Part shown: in pieces, positions 9,581 through 18,991 of the stretch
Layout of the letters: each line of letters starts with the position of its first letter
Numbering within the stretch: position 1 is the stretch's first letter
Source: an uncultured Verrucomicrobiota bacterium
Lineage (GTDB): Bacteria > Verrucomicrobiota > Kiritimatiellia > RZYC01
Length of the DNA stretch: 64,000 nucleotides
Reading direction: 5' to 3'
Assembly: GCA_964490935.1 (NCBI GenBank)
Contig: CAZBEO010000001.1
Location: forward strand, 20,742-84,741
Made by a program: the position numbers and the translations under genes
The notes under the pieces: generated by a model
Told to the model about the DNA's origin: nothing
Databases searched by the model: none
Seen by the model: the letters and a program-made list of their open reading frames with translations, nothing else

Positions 9581-10195
9581 ATGAAGAGGATGAACCCCTT
9601 GATCTATAGCGGAATGCTCTGTTTGATGCTGACCTCATCCTCCTTGGCCGCAAGAAGTTGGAACATGGCGGCTAATTTCTACGGGCACAAGAAAGCCCGC
9701 GAGGTCGGCGACCTGCTGACCGTCCGCATCACGGAAGCCTCGAGTGTAGAAAAAGATGCCTCCCGCAGTGATAAAAAAAGCTACGGTTTGGGCGGATCGG
9801 CCAGTTTCGCTCATCCCACCATAGATAGCCGCGAGCTGGAATGGACCAATGCCACCCTCCCGAAGTTCTCCGTGGCCGCTAACCGCGACTTCTCTGGACA
9901 GGGTGCCGTTTCCGACTCAGACAAGTTTGAAACGTTCATCACCGTGCGCGTCATGGACGTGCTTCCGAACGGCGATTTGCTCATCGAAGGCAAGCGCTCT
10001 CTGATTCTGAAGAACGATACCGTGCAGGTGGTCCTGACCGGCGCCGTGCGCGTGCGGGACATTGACAATCAAAACACCATCGAATCCACGAAGATTGCCG
10101 ATGCCGTCATTCAATATCAAACCAGCGGTTCTCTCGAACGAACAACGAAGAAAGGGCTCCTTCCCCGATTTGTGGATTGGGTGAACCCGTTCTGA
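9581..10195 (+). CDS. flgH: flagellar L-ring protein FlgH
   Basis: Signal peptide and FlgH core (SRSDKKSYGLGGSASF...VRVMDVLPNGDLLIEGKR). The internal ATG with an RBS is used instead of the long ORF-track extension. Confidence 0.8.
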   Translation: MKRMNPLIYSGMLCLMLTSSSLAARSWNMAANFYGHKKAREVGDLLTVRITEASSVEKDASRSDKKSYGLGGSASFAHPTIDSRELEWTNATLPKFSVAANRDFSGQGAVSDSDKFETFITVRVMDVLPNGDLLIEGKRSLILKNDTVQVVLTGAVRVRDIDNQNTIESTKIADAVIQYQTSGSLERTTKKGLLPRFVDWVNPF

Positions 10196-10205
10196 GGACG
10201 ATCAC

Positions 10206-11363
10206 ATGAAAACAAACAAACGACTTTTCTATTTTAAAAACAATGCGGCGCGGCGTCTGATCGCCTGTTTCGCGGCGCTGGCTCTGCTGCCGTTCGGCAC
10301 ACCGACACAGGCCGCCGTCACGGCACGCCTGAAGGACATCGTGCGCATCGAGGGTGTGGATGCGGTGCAGTTGGTCGGCTACGGCATCGTGGTCGGACTC
10401 AGCGGCTCGGGCGACAAGGACCTCCAGCTCACCAAGCAGACCGTGGCCAACCTCCTCGAACAGTTTCGCATCACGATTCCCTCCACCGACATCAAAAGCA
10501 AGAATACGGCAGCGGTCATGGTCACCGCCAGCGCACCCGCCTTTCACCGCGAGGGCGACCGCGTGAACATTCAGGTCTCCACCATGGGCGACGCTTCCTC
10601 GCTCGAGGGCGGCATTCTCCTGATGACGCCGATGCTCGCTCCCGACGGCGTACTCTATGCCCTTTCCCAGGGCGCGCTGACGGTCTCGGGCTATTCCTCT
10701 GGCGTAGGCGGACGTGGAGGGCAGTCGGAGCAGGTGAATTATACCTCCGTCGGCTACATCCCGGGCGGCGCGGTGCTTCGCTACAGCCAGACCGAATCCT
10801 TTATTCAGGAAGGCATCATCCGCCTGGCCCTCAATCATGCCGATTTCACGACAGCCAACCGCCTGGCCGATGCGATCAACAAACTCTACGAAGGCTCGGC
10901 GGCGGTACGCGATGCCTCGTCGGTCTTTGTCCGTGTGCCTTCCGACATTATCGACATCGGGCAGACGGCCCGCTTCATGGCCAGCCTGGAATCGCTCACG
11001 ATCGAGCCGGATGCACAGTCCAAGGTGATCATCAACGAGCGCAGCGGCACCATTGTGATGGGCGGCAACGTACACATTGCCGAGGCCGTTGTGGCACACG
11101 GCAACCTGACTGTGCGCATTACCTCGAACCTAGCTGGCTACATGCCCGAACCCTTTACCACGGCGGAGGCCCTGGTGCTCGAAGAAACGCGCACGCAGGT
11201 ACACGAGGAGAATGCCAAGGTCATGCTGCTGCCCGGCACCACCACCGTGCAGGAACTAGCCGCCCTCCTCAATGAAGTGGGCACCACACCACGCGACATC
11301 ATCTCCATTCTCGAGGCCCTGCAGAATCTCGGCGCACTGCAAATGGAAGTGCAAACCATGTAA
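10206..11363 (+). CDS. flgI: flagellar P-ring protein FlgI
   Basis: LKDIVRIEGVDAVQLVGYGIVVGLSGSGD...; the protein is FlgI-family throughout, with a signal peptide. Confidence 0.85.
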   Translation: MKTNKRLFYFKNNAARRLIACFAALALLPFGTPTQAAVTARLKDIVRIEGVDAVQLVGYGIVVGLSGSGDKDLQLTKQTVANLLEQFRITIPSTDIKSKNTAAVMVTASAPAFHREGDRVNIQVSTMGDASSLEGGILLMTPMLAPDGVLYALSQGALTVSGYSSGVGGRGGQSEQVNYTSVGYIPGGAVLRYSQTESFIQEGIIRLALNHADFTTANRLADAINKLYEGSAAVRDASSVFVRVPSDIIDIGQTARFMASLESLTIEPDAQSKVIINERSGTIVMGGNVHIAEAVVAHGNLTVRITSNLAGYMPEPFTTAEALVLEETRTQVHEENAKVMLLPGTTTVQELAALLNEVGTTPRDIISILEALQNLGALQMEVQTM

Positions 11364-11377
11364 CTGGAGAAACCGTC

Positions 11378-11695
11378 ATGATAAATCCCATCTCATCCAA
11401 CGATGCACTTCCCGCCACCCTCGCCATGCAGGGGCGGCGTGCCGGCGAAAAACCCGATCCACTGCGCGAAGCCTGCGAAGATGCCGAAGGCCTTTTTGCA
11501 AGCCTTCTGCTGAAGGAAGGATTGAAGCCCGTGCTGGATGAAGCCGGCGAAGGAGAATCGCACTCGGGTGCGCTGTTGGAATTTTCAATCGAGGAAATGG
11601 CCCAGGAAATGGGCCGTCAAGGGCTGCTCGGAGTGGCCGATCAGTTTTATGAGCAATTGGCGGGGCAATCCAATCCGTTCGGAGGAGCACAATGA
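11378..11695 (+). CDS. flgJ: flagellar rod-binding protein (FlgJ N-terminal domain only)
   Basis: 105 aa with a rod-binding-domain pattern (ACEDAEGLFASLLLKEGLKP). No C-terminal glucosaminidase domain. GGAGA RBS. Confidence 0.55.
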   Translation: MINPISSNDALPATLAMQGRRAGEKPDPLREACEDAEGLFASLLLKEGLKPVLDEAGEGESHSGALLEFSIEEMAQEMGRQGLLGVADQFYEQLAGQSNPFGGAQ

Positions 11696-12096
11696 ACCAC
11701 AACGCGGTATCCGCAGAACTCAAAGACTGCCTGAAGCTGGTGGAGTCCGAAGCCTCCAATCTCCAGAAGGCCCTGCTCTCGCGCGACAGCGCCCTCATTC
11801 TGGACGCCGTCACACGGCAGCGCATCGCCCTGGATCAAATTCAATCGTACATCAGCGAGAACCAGGCCGACATGCGCTTCACGCCTACAGAAAAGAAGCG
11901 CGTCCTTCAGCCGATGATGCACCGCATACGCCGCGTGCTGACCATGAACGAACGCATGGCGCGAACACTCCTCGGCGTGATCGATAAAACGCTCTCGAAT
12001 CTGGCCATCGGAACCAAAAATACAGCCAATGTCTACAATGGATACGGGCGCATCGCCGGCATGGCCGCGCCTATTCTGATCAACGCACAGGGGTAA
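11692..12096 (+). CDS. putative flagellar export chaperone, FlgN-like (immediately upstream of flgK)
   Basis: 134 aa helical protein. The call rests on its position (flgJ - this gene - flgK) and a FlgN-like heptad pattern. The stop overlaps the start of the previous gene. Confidence 0.35.
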   Translation: MNHNAVSAELKDCLKLVESEASNLQKALLSRDSALILDAVTRQRIALDQIQSYISENQADMRFTPTEKKRVLQPMMHRIRRVLTMNERMARTLLGVIDKTLSNLAIGTKNTANVYNGYGRIAGMAAPILINAQG

Positions 12097-12100
12097 CGTC

Positions 12101-13537
12101 ATGTCTTCACTAACCGATATCACCACCGTGGCCCGAAGCGGCATCCTGGCGCAGCAGGAAAAGCTGAACGTCATCGCCCACAACATCACCAACGTCAACA
12201 CCAAGGGCTACCATCGGCAAACAGCCGTTCTCGCCACCAACCCGGCGAACATGCCCAACATCAGCACCACCATACCCTATTCGCAGGGCACCGGCGTCAC
12301 CGTGCAGGATGTCATGCGCGAGTACGACCTGCTCCGCGAACGGGCCCTGCTTGACGAACGCTCCGGTGCCGCCAAAGATGAATTTCTGGCCAATCAGCTC
12401 CCCGATCTCGAAGCCATCCTCCTGACCGATACCGAAAACGGACTCGCCCAGACCCTCACCCAGTTCTGGACCGCCTGGCAGAACGTGGCCACCTATCCCG
12501 ACAACATCACCATGCGCAACGTGGCACTCGAAAAAGGCGCGCAGCTCGCAGCCGTACTGAGCAAAACGACCGGCTCCCTCCAGAATTACCGCGACGCCAT
12601 CTCCGCCGGAGTTTCCCCAAACATCACCGGTTCCGTGGCCGACGAGGTGAACAGCCTGAACACCATGACCGCCGAACTCCAGAACCTGAACCGGAAAATC
12701 ACCCTCTATCAGGGCACGCGTGTTTCCACCGCCGACCTCGAAGACCGCCGCGATCTGCTCGTGGCCGACCTCGCCAAGCAGGCGGAAGTCTCCGTCGATG
12801 CCGACTACAACATCAGCATCGACGGCCAACTCCTGCTCAGCGGCGATGGCCTTACCCGCAATGAACTGAATATTACCGCCGCCGATCCGCTGACCTTTGA
12901 TGTCAACGGAAACCCCGTAAACATCGAACAGGGCGTCATCGGAGGCTGGAACGAACTGACCGCCTACATTGACTCACTCGGCGACAATCTCGATGCCCTC
13001 GCCGCCGAAGTGATCGCGCAAGTCAACACCCTGCACACCTCCGGCTATGATCTCGACGGTAACCCCGGTCTGGTTTTTTTCACCGGCACCTCCGCCTCCG
13101 ACATTTCCGTCAATGCCGCCCTCTATAATGCGGGCAACCCCCTGCTCAACAATCCGCGACTCATTGCCGCCGCGCAAACCCTCTACGATCCCGGCGGGCC
13201 CAATGAAGGGGCCAACACCGGCGACGGCGCTATCGCCCTGGCCATTGCCGATCTCTCCGGCGCCGCCCTCGCCGCCCTCGGAAACCAGTCGTTCAATCAG
13301 TATTACACGGAGCTTGCCACCAACCTCGGAACGCAGATTGGAACCTTTCAGTCGCTGGCCGAGAGTGGCGCGGCCACTATTTCCGCCCTTGAAAACGCCA
13401 TTCAATCCGAATCAGGCGTCAGCCTCGATGAAGAACTGATTCACATGATCACCGCGCAGCGCGCCTACCAAGCGGCATCCAAACTGCTCTCTGAAACCAA
13501 CACCATGTTCGATGTGCTGATGTCCATCACCCGATAA
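12101..13537 (+). CDS. flgK: flagellar hook-associated protein 1 FlgK
   Basis: N-terminal ISGILAQQEKLNVIAHNITNVNTKGY and C-terminal LIHMITAQRAYQAASKLL motifs. Confidence 0.8.
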   Translation: MSSLTDITTVARSGILAQQEKLNVIAHNITNVNTKGYHRQTAVLATNPANMPNISTTIPYSQGTGVTVQDVMREYDLLRERALLDERSGAAKDEFLANQLPDLEAILLTDTENGLAQTLTQFWTAWQNVATYPDNITMRNVALEKGAQLAAVLSKTTGSLQNYRDAISAGVSPNITGSVADEVNSLNTMTAELQNLNRKITLYQGTRVSTADLEDRRDLLVADLAKQAEVSVDADYNISIDGQLLLSGDGLTRNELNITAADPLTFDVNGNPVNIEQGVIGGWNELTAYIDSLGDNLDALAAEVIAQVNTLHTSGYDLDGNPGLVFFTGTSASDISVNAALYNAGNPLLNNPRLIAAAQTLYDPGGPNEGANTGDGAIALAIADLSGAALAALGNQSFNQYYTELATNLGTQIGTFQSLAESGAATISALENAIQSESGVSLDEELIHMITAQRAYQAASKLLSETNTMFDVLMSITR

Positions 13538-13554
13538 ATAACGGAGACCCTGCC

Positions 13555-13698
13555 ATGAAAAAGAAAAACACGCCAAGCCGCAACGCCCCTGCGGGAGAGT
13601 CCTTTAACCAGAACCTACAGGTCCTGACTCAGCAGCTCGGGCTCTACGCCATGCTCCTGCGCAACGCCTCCTCTAGGCAGCGCATAGTCAATTCTTAA
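13555..13698 (+). CDS. small hypothetical protein (47 aa) between flgK and the glycosylation-like genes
   Basis: ATG preceded by an ACGGAGA RBS; the same RBS is used by the next gene. No recognisable family. Not in the ORF track because it is under 60 aa. Confidence 0.3.
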   Translation: MKKKNTPSRNAPAGESFNQNLQVLTQQLGLYAMLLRNASSRQRIVNS

Positions 13699-13717
13699 AC
13701 GATACGGAGTACCCGGC

Positions 13718-15379
13718 ATGAAACAAGCCAGGCGAATCACCCTTCCAGCGCTTGACGACGCCTTGGAACACGCGAGACCCCGCAGCATCGTGCTGGTGGG
13801 CGCGGGCGGACCTCTGCCAGAACTGATTCGACTCCTGCGCGAACAGGAAGGGCTGGTCTGCCAGGGCATACTCGATCCCGACCCCGCGCTCAAAGGCGAA
13901 TTCATCGAAGACCTGGTCGTGCTCGGTTGGCTCGGAGATATTCCGCGCCACGCCTCCTGCGCCCTGATCGGACTCCCAAAACGCGCGAACGGCTTTGACC
14001 GTAAATCCGTTTATCATATTCTGCTCCGGCAGGGTCTTTGCCTACCGGTGCTTCAGGCGCGTTCGTCCGCCTCGGCACCGGATGTCACTTTGCCTGCAGG
14101 CACGGTCGTGCTCGAAGGGGCCGTGGTGGAACCGGGGGCCTCGCTGGGCGTCAACTGTCTGCTCGAGCCAGGCGCAAAGGTCACCCGCTGCGCTGCATTG
14201 GGCGAACATACCGTCCTGCACCGAAACACCACGTGGCGCAAAACCGGGCCAGCCCCCTCTGCGCAACCCGAGCCGCGCCAACAACTCGAAGCCGTCCTCG
14301 CCCAGGAACACGAACCCTTGCAGCGTATTATCGAGCGCATCAACTGGGCCAACATGGAAATCATCCTCGTGGTGAATCCGCAGGGACGCCTCATCGGAAC
14401 CATCACCGATGGCGACATACGCCGAGGGCTCCTCGCCGGGGTGGATATGAACCTGCCCGCCGGCCTCATCATGAACCGCACCCCGACCACCGCGCCGCAG
14501 GGCCTTTCCCGCAAAGAAATGCTGCACCTCATGCGCGAAAAATCCATTCGCCACCTGCCCGTGGTCGATGCCGAAGGCCGTCCGGTCCTGCTCGAACGCA
14601 TGGAACATATTTTGGATGCCATCAGCGGGCACGACGCTATCGTCATGGCGGGCGGCCTCGGCTCACGCCTGCGCCCGCTCACCAACGATACCCCCAAGCC
14701 GCTTCTGCCCGTCGGCAACCGCCCCATTCTGGACCACATTCTCGGCGGGTTGAAATCGGCAGGCATCGAGGAGGTGGTCCTCTCCCTGAACTACCGGGGC
14801 GACCAGATTCGCCACCACGTGGGCGACGGCGAACAGCACGGCATGCGCGTAAATTACGTCACCGAGAAAGAACGCCTCGGCACCGCTGGCGCGCTCTCGC
14901 TGCTAAATCCGCGTCCCACGCGCCCATTCCTGGTCATGAACGGCGATCTGCTCACGAATCTGAACTACGCCAAGCTGCTGCGCTTCCAGCAGGAAAACGA
15001 TTATGCGCTGGTTATGTGCGTGCGCCAGTACAAGATTCAGGTGCCCTACGGCGTGGTACAGATCACGCCCGAGGGACAGATCAACGCCCTGCAGGAAAAA
15101 CCCGTGCATGAACATTTCATCAATGCCGGAATCTACGTCATGAAGCCGCAGTGTCTCGATTACATTCCGCATCGGGCTTATTTTGACATGACCGATCTGA
15201 CCAATCTGCTCATCGAACGCGGCGAGAGCGTCGGCGCCTTTCCGCTGGTGGAATACTGGCGCGACATCGGACGTCCCGAAGACCTTCACGCCGCCACGGA
15301 GGAACACGCTCGCCACATTACTGCGGCAGGGGCTGCACGGCCCTGTACCTCACGCGTCCCGATGGAGGCCCTGGCATGA
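13718..15379 (+). CDS. tri-domain sugar-nucleotide enzyme: NeuD/PglD-like acetyltransferase + CBS pair + sugar-phosphate nucleotidyltransferase (PtmE-like)
   Basis: N-terminal Rossmann/hexapeptide region, central CBS (GTITDGDIRRG...IRHLPVVD), and a C-terminal segment AIVMAGGLGSRLRPLT...KPLLPVGN. Confidence 0.65.
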   Translation: MKQARRITLPALDDALEHARPRSIVLVGAGGPLPELIRLLREQEGLVCQGILDPDPALKGEFIEDLVVLGWLGDIPRHASCALIGLPKRANGFDRKSVYHILLRQGLCLPVLQARSSASAPDVTLPAGTVVLEGAVVEPGASLGVNCLLEPGAKVTRCAALGEHTVLHRNTTWRKTGPAPSAQPEPRQQLEAVLAQEHEPLQRIIERINWANMEIILVVNPQGRLIGTITDGDIRRGLLAGVDMNLPAGLIMNRTPTTAPQGLSRKEMLHLMREKSIRHLPVVDAEGRPVLLERMEHILDAISGHDAIVMAGGLGSRLRPLTNDTPKPLLPVGNRPILDHILGGLKSAGIEEVVLSLNYRGDQIRHHVGDGEQHGMRVNYVTEKERLGTAGALSLLNPRPTRPFLVMNGDLLTNLNYAKLLRFQQENDYALVMCVRQYKIQVPYGVVQITPEGQINALQEKPVHEHFINAGIYVMKPQCLDYIPHRAYFDMTDLTNLLIERGESVGAFPLVEYWRDIGRPEDLHAATEEHARHITAAGAARPCTSRVPMEALA

Positions 15380-16362
15380 ATGGAAAAACGGCCGTAGTCA
15401 CCGGCGCCTGCGGATTTATCGGCAGTCATCTCGCCGAGGAACTCGTTCGGCGCGGCGCACACGTCAAGGCGCTCGCCCTCTATGATGCACGCGGCGCACG
15501 CGGCTGGCTCGACCAGATTGATCCCGCCCTCGCACGCGAAATGGAACTCATTTCCGGCGACGTCCGCGACGCCGAGCAGATGCGCCGCCTCATCCGAAAA
15601 GATGATGTCGTCTTTCATCTCGCGGCCCTCATCGGCATACCCTATTCATACATCGCCCCGCGTTCCTACGTGCAGACCAATATCGAAGGCACCCTCAACA
15701 TCCTCGAGGCCGCACGCGAAGCCGGCGCGGCACGCGTCATGAACATGTCCACCAGCGAAGTCTACGGTTCCGCCCTGCGCGTGCCTATCGACGAAGATCA
15801 CCCCCTACAAGGACAAAGCCCCTATTCCGCCTCCAAAATCGGCGCGGAAAAAATGACGGAAAGCTATGTCAAATCCTTTTCGCTGCCTGCCGTCACCGTA
15901 CGTGCCTTCAACACCTTCGGCCCGCGCCAATCGCCCCGTGCCGTCATCCCCACCATCCTTATGCAACTGCTCGCTGGCGAAAAGGAACTCCACCTCGGAA
16001 ACCTGCACAGTACGCGCGATTTCAACTTTGTGGCCGACACCGTCGAGGGCCTAATCCGCCTCGCTTCCTGCGAAGCCGCCATTGGGCGGGCCGTCAACAT
16101 CGGCACCGGTGCCGAGATAACCATCGCCCAGCTCGCCGAAGCCGCCCAGCGCGCCGTCGGGCACACCGCTTCAATCATCGAAAAACAGGACCGCATGCGC
16201 CCCGAACAAAGCGAAGTACAACGTCTTTGCGCCGACGCCTCCCTGCTCCACTCGCTCACCGGCTGGACCCCACCCCCGCGCCTCGAGGAAGGCCTTCGCT
16301 TAACCGCCACATGGATGAAAACGGAACTGAACCGCTATGAGCCTCAACGATACTATGTTTAA
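15376..16362 (+). CDS. NAD-dependent epimerase/dehydratase (nucleotide-sugar 4,6-dehydratase-like)
   Basis: TGACGFIGSHL Rossmann fold, catalytic YSASK, ATGA start overlap with the upstream gene. Confidence 0.75.
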   Translation: MNGKTAVVTGACGFIGSHLAEELVRRGAHVKALALYDARGARGWLDQIDPALAREMELISGDVRDAEQMRRLIRKDDVVFHLAALIGIPYSYIAPRSYVQTNIEGTLNILEAAREAGAARVMNMSTSEVYGSALRVPIDEDHPLQGQSPYSASKIGAEKMTESYVKSFSLPAVTVRAFNTFGPRQSPRAVIPTILMQLLAGEKELHLGNLHSTRDFNFVADTVEGLIRLASCEAAIGRAVNIGTGAEITIAQLAEAAQRAVGHTASIIEKQDRMRPEQSEVQRLCADASLLHSLTGWTPPPRLEEGLRLTATWMKTELNRYEPQRYYV

Positions 16363-17077
16363 ACAGCCGCTGGCCCTCGCCCCGCGTGCCGTACTTTTTG
16401 ACCTGGATGACACCCTCTATCCAGAACGCCAATATGTGTTCAGCGGCTTTCAGGCCGTGGCCGCCTATATCCAGCGGGTGTACGGACTGCTTGTCTTCAA
16501 CGATCTGGTCAAGACCTACCTCACGGGCGAGCGGTCCAACGTCTTCGGAGCCACCCTCGAAAAACACTTCGGAAACGTCGAAGAGGCTGTCCTTAAAAAA
16601 ACACTCCACGTCTTCTGGACCCACACCCCGAAAATCGAACTCTATGAAGATGCCCGCATCTGCATGGCCCTGCTCTTCTCGCGCGGCATCAAGGTCGGCG
16701 TCATCACCACTGGACGCGGCGGCATCCAACAGAAAAAAATCGCCGCCCTCGAACTCGAACCCCTCCTCGACGGCATTATCTACACCGATGATCTTCTGGG
16801 CGACTCCGAACCCGGCCAGCCCAATGCCGACGCCTTTCACATCCTCGCCCTACAGCTCGAAGTCGAACTCAGCGACCTCTGCTTTGTGGGCGACAATCCG
16901 CTCACCGACTTCGCGATCCCCCGGCGCCTCGGCGTCAAAACCGTCCGCATACGCCGTCCCGGCGGTGAATTTTCCGAAGCCCAACCCCCCGCTCTCGGCT
17001 TTCAGGCCGACCGCGTCATCGAATCCCTCACCGATCTCCCCCGCCTCTTTCTCCCGGCCAACTCTATTCGACCCTGA
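16337..17077 (+). CDS. HAD-superfamily hydrolase (putative sugar-phosphate phosphatase)
   Basis: Motif I LFDLDDTLY and a C-terminal VGDNPLTD motif. Overlaps the upstream gene by 26 nt. Confidence 0.65.
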   Translation: MSLNDTMFKQPLALAPRAVLFDLDDTLYPERQYVFSGFQAVAAYIQRVYGLLVFNDLVKTYLTGERSNVFGATLEKHFGNVEEAVLKKTLHVFWTHTPKIELYEDARICMALLFSRGIKVGVITTGRGGIQQKKIAALELEPLLDGIIYTDDLLGDSEPGQPNADAFHILALQLEVELSDLCFVGDNPLTDFAIPRRLGVKTVRIRRPGGEFSEAQPPALGFQADRVIESLTDLPRLFLPANSIRP

Positions 17078-17211
17078 ACAGCGCCCCCCGGCAGCCCGCT
17101 CGCTTAGCCCCTCCTTCCCCTATCCAAAAAAGCGGCATATATGTATTGTTATTGACAGAATTAGGCGCTAGACACGGACACAAATCGAAACGGGGTTCCG
17201 GAGGGTCGCCC

Positions 17212-17619
17212 ATGTCCGCAGAGCTGAACATACTGATCGTTGATGATGAATTCAGCGCCAGGAAACTGCTGGAAATCATGCTCAAGCCGTACGGTCGCTG
17301 CGTGATGGCTGTGAACGGAAACGAGGCCATCAAAGCCGTGCAGCAGGCCCTTTCCAAGGATGACTACTTCGACCTCATCTGCCTCGACATCATGATGCCC
17401 GAGATGGATGGGCAGGAGGCCCTCAAAATCATTCGCCAGCTCGAAAACAAGCGTAGCCTTTGGCCTGGAAACGGCGCCAAGGTCATCATGACCACCGCCC
17501 TTCAAGATGCCTCGAATGTCATGACCGCCTTCATGGAGCAATGCGAATCCTACCTCGTCAAGCCCATCGAAAAAGAAGCCCTGCTCACCGAAATGCGCAA
17601 GCTGACGCTTATCCCCTGA
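17212..17619 (+). CDS. single-domain CheY-like response regulator
   Basis: ILIVDDE, the ICLDIMMPEMDG phospho-acceptor region, and a conserved K (YLVKP). Internal ATG used. Confidence 0.7.
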   Translation: MSAELNILIVDDEFSARKLLEIMLKPYGRCVMAVNGNEAIKAVQQALSKDDYFDLICLDIMMPEMDGQEALKIIRQLENKRSLWPGNGAKVIMTTALQDASNVMTAFMEQCESYLVKPIEKEALLTEMRKLTLIP

Positions 17620-17635
17620 CCGGTCGGAGCAAGCC

Positions 17636-18829
17636 GTGAAAGCCCTTCTCATCAAATGGCGGGACATGAACCCGCAGCTCAAACTCTTTCTTGCCGCCGT
17701 ACTGCTTTTTGGCGTCGCCGGCGGCATCTTCGACATCAGCTTCAACAACTACCTCAGCGACACCTTTCAAATCAGTGCCAAAACACGCGGCTGGCTCGAA
17801 TTTCCCCGCGAAACGCCTGGCTTTCTTACGGCTATCTTTGTCGGCCTCCTCTTCTTCATCCCGGAGACACGCATTGCCTCTCTGGCCGCCCTGCTGGCTG
17901 GCCTTTCCCTCATCAGCATAGCCGTCTGGGGACAGCAGTGGATACCCATGCTCATTCTCATGACGCTGTTCAGCACCGGACTGCACCTCTTTCTCCCCGT
18001 ACGCAACTCCGTGAGCATGCTCCTGGCAAAAGACGGCCGACACGGCCGGCGCATGGGGCAGGTCGGCGCTGTCCAGTTCGCCTCCGGCATCCTCGGCAGC
18101 GCCCTCATTTGGTTCGTCTTCCGAAAGACCTCCGGAAGCTACCCGCTGCTCTTCGTACTCGGCGGCATCCTAGCCCTGGTCGCCGCGGCACTCTTCTTCG
18201 CCATGCACCTGCCCGCTGCGCACCTTCAGCGCCCCAAATGGGTCTGGAACCGGCGATACTGGCTCTACTACGTTCTCGCCATCCTCTTCGGCGGGCGCAA
18301 ACAAATCTTTCTCACCTTCGGCCCCTGGGTGCTCATCCGCGAATACCACCAATCCGCCGCCGTCTTCGCCCAGCTCTGGGTGGTCGGAGCCATCGCCGGC
18401 CTCTTCTTTCAGCCCCTCCTCGGCAACCTCATCGACCGCTGGGGCGAGCGGAAAGTCCTCATCATCGACTCCATCCTCGTCACCACCGTATGTCTCGGCT
18501 ACGCCTGCTCACACTGGATTCCGAACCCCCGCCTCGTGCTACCCGTCCTCTTCGCCTGTTACTTGGGCGATCAGCTCCTCTTCGGCGTCAACATCGCCCG
18601 CATCACCTACATTTCCAAAATTGCCCTCAACCCAACCCATATCGCCCCGACCCTTTCACTGGGCAGCAGCCTGGACCACGCCGTATCCATGACCGTCCCC
18701 ATTCTGGGCGGCATTCTTTGGACCACCTACGGCTACCAAGCCGTCTTCCTGGCCGCCGCCGTACTCGCCCTGCTCATGCTCTTCTTCAGCGCCCTGATCC
18801 GCCTCCCCGCCCGCTGCGTGAAGCATTAG
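17636..18829 (+). CDS. MFS transporter
   Basis: ~12 predicted TM segments. GTG start with a GGAG RBS; an alternative ATG lies at 17666. Confidence 0.6.
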   Translation: MKALLIKWRDMNPQLKLFLAAVLLFGVAGGIFDISFNNYLSDTFQISAKTRGWLEFPRETPGFLTAIFVGLLFFIPETRIASLAALLAGLSLISIAVWGQQWIPMLILMTLFSTGLHLFLPVRNSVSMLLAKDGRHGRRMGQVGAVQFASGILGSALIWFVFRKTSGSYPLLFVLGGILALVAAALFFAMHLPAAHLQRPKWVWNRRYWLYYVLAILFGGRKQIFLTFGPWVLIREYHQSAAVFAQLWVVGAIAGLFFQPLLGNLIDRWGERKVLIIDSILVTTVCLGYACSHWIPNPRLVLPVLFACYLGDQLLFGVNIARITYISKIALNPTHIAPTLSLGSSLDHAVSMTVPILGGILWTTYGYQAVFLAAAVLALLMLFFSALIRLPARCVKH

Positions 18830-18991
18830 GGTGTAGCGAGCCACTGTTTTTAATCGCAATGCCGTCCGTTTTTCTTTATGAAGAGAGAGTGCGTTCGGTA
18901 GCTCTGTTCAATTCGATGAGGCCAAGGCACCACAGCGTCTCGCTGTTGTTTACGATGTGAGTATCCTCCGTATGGAGGAAAAGGAGTAGAC

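Noticed and set aside
13519-13533. Possible sigma28 -10 element (CCCGATAA) upstream of the small ORF
   Set aside because: No TAAA -35 element at the required 15-nt spacing.
14038-15111. 357-aa plus-strand ORF (Arg/Pro/His-rich) and 237-aa minus-strand ORF overlapping the tri-domain gene
   Set aside because: Low-complexity Arg/Pro/Ala-rich translations are typical of alternative frames in high-GC DNA. The 13718..15379 frame has clear domain motifs.
17656-18960. 434-aa ORF in an alternative frame of the MFS transporter
   Set aside because: Pro/Arg-rich nonsense typical of an off-frame translation. The 17636 frame gives 12 TM helices.
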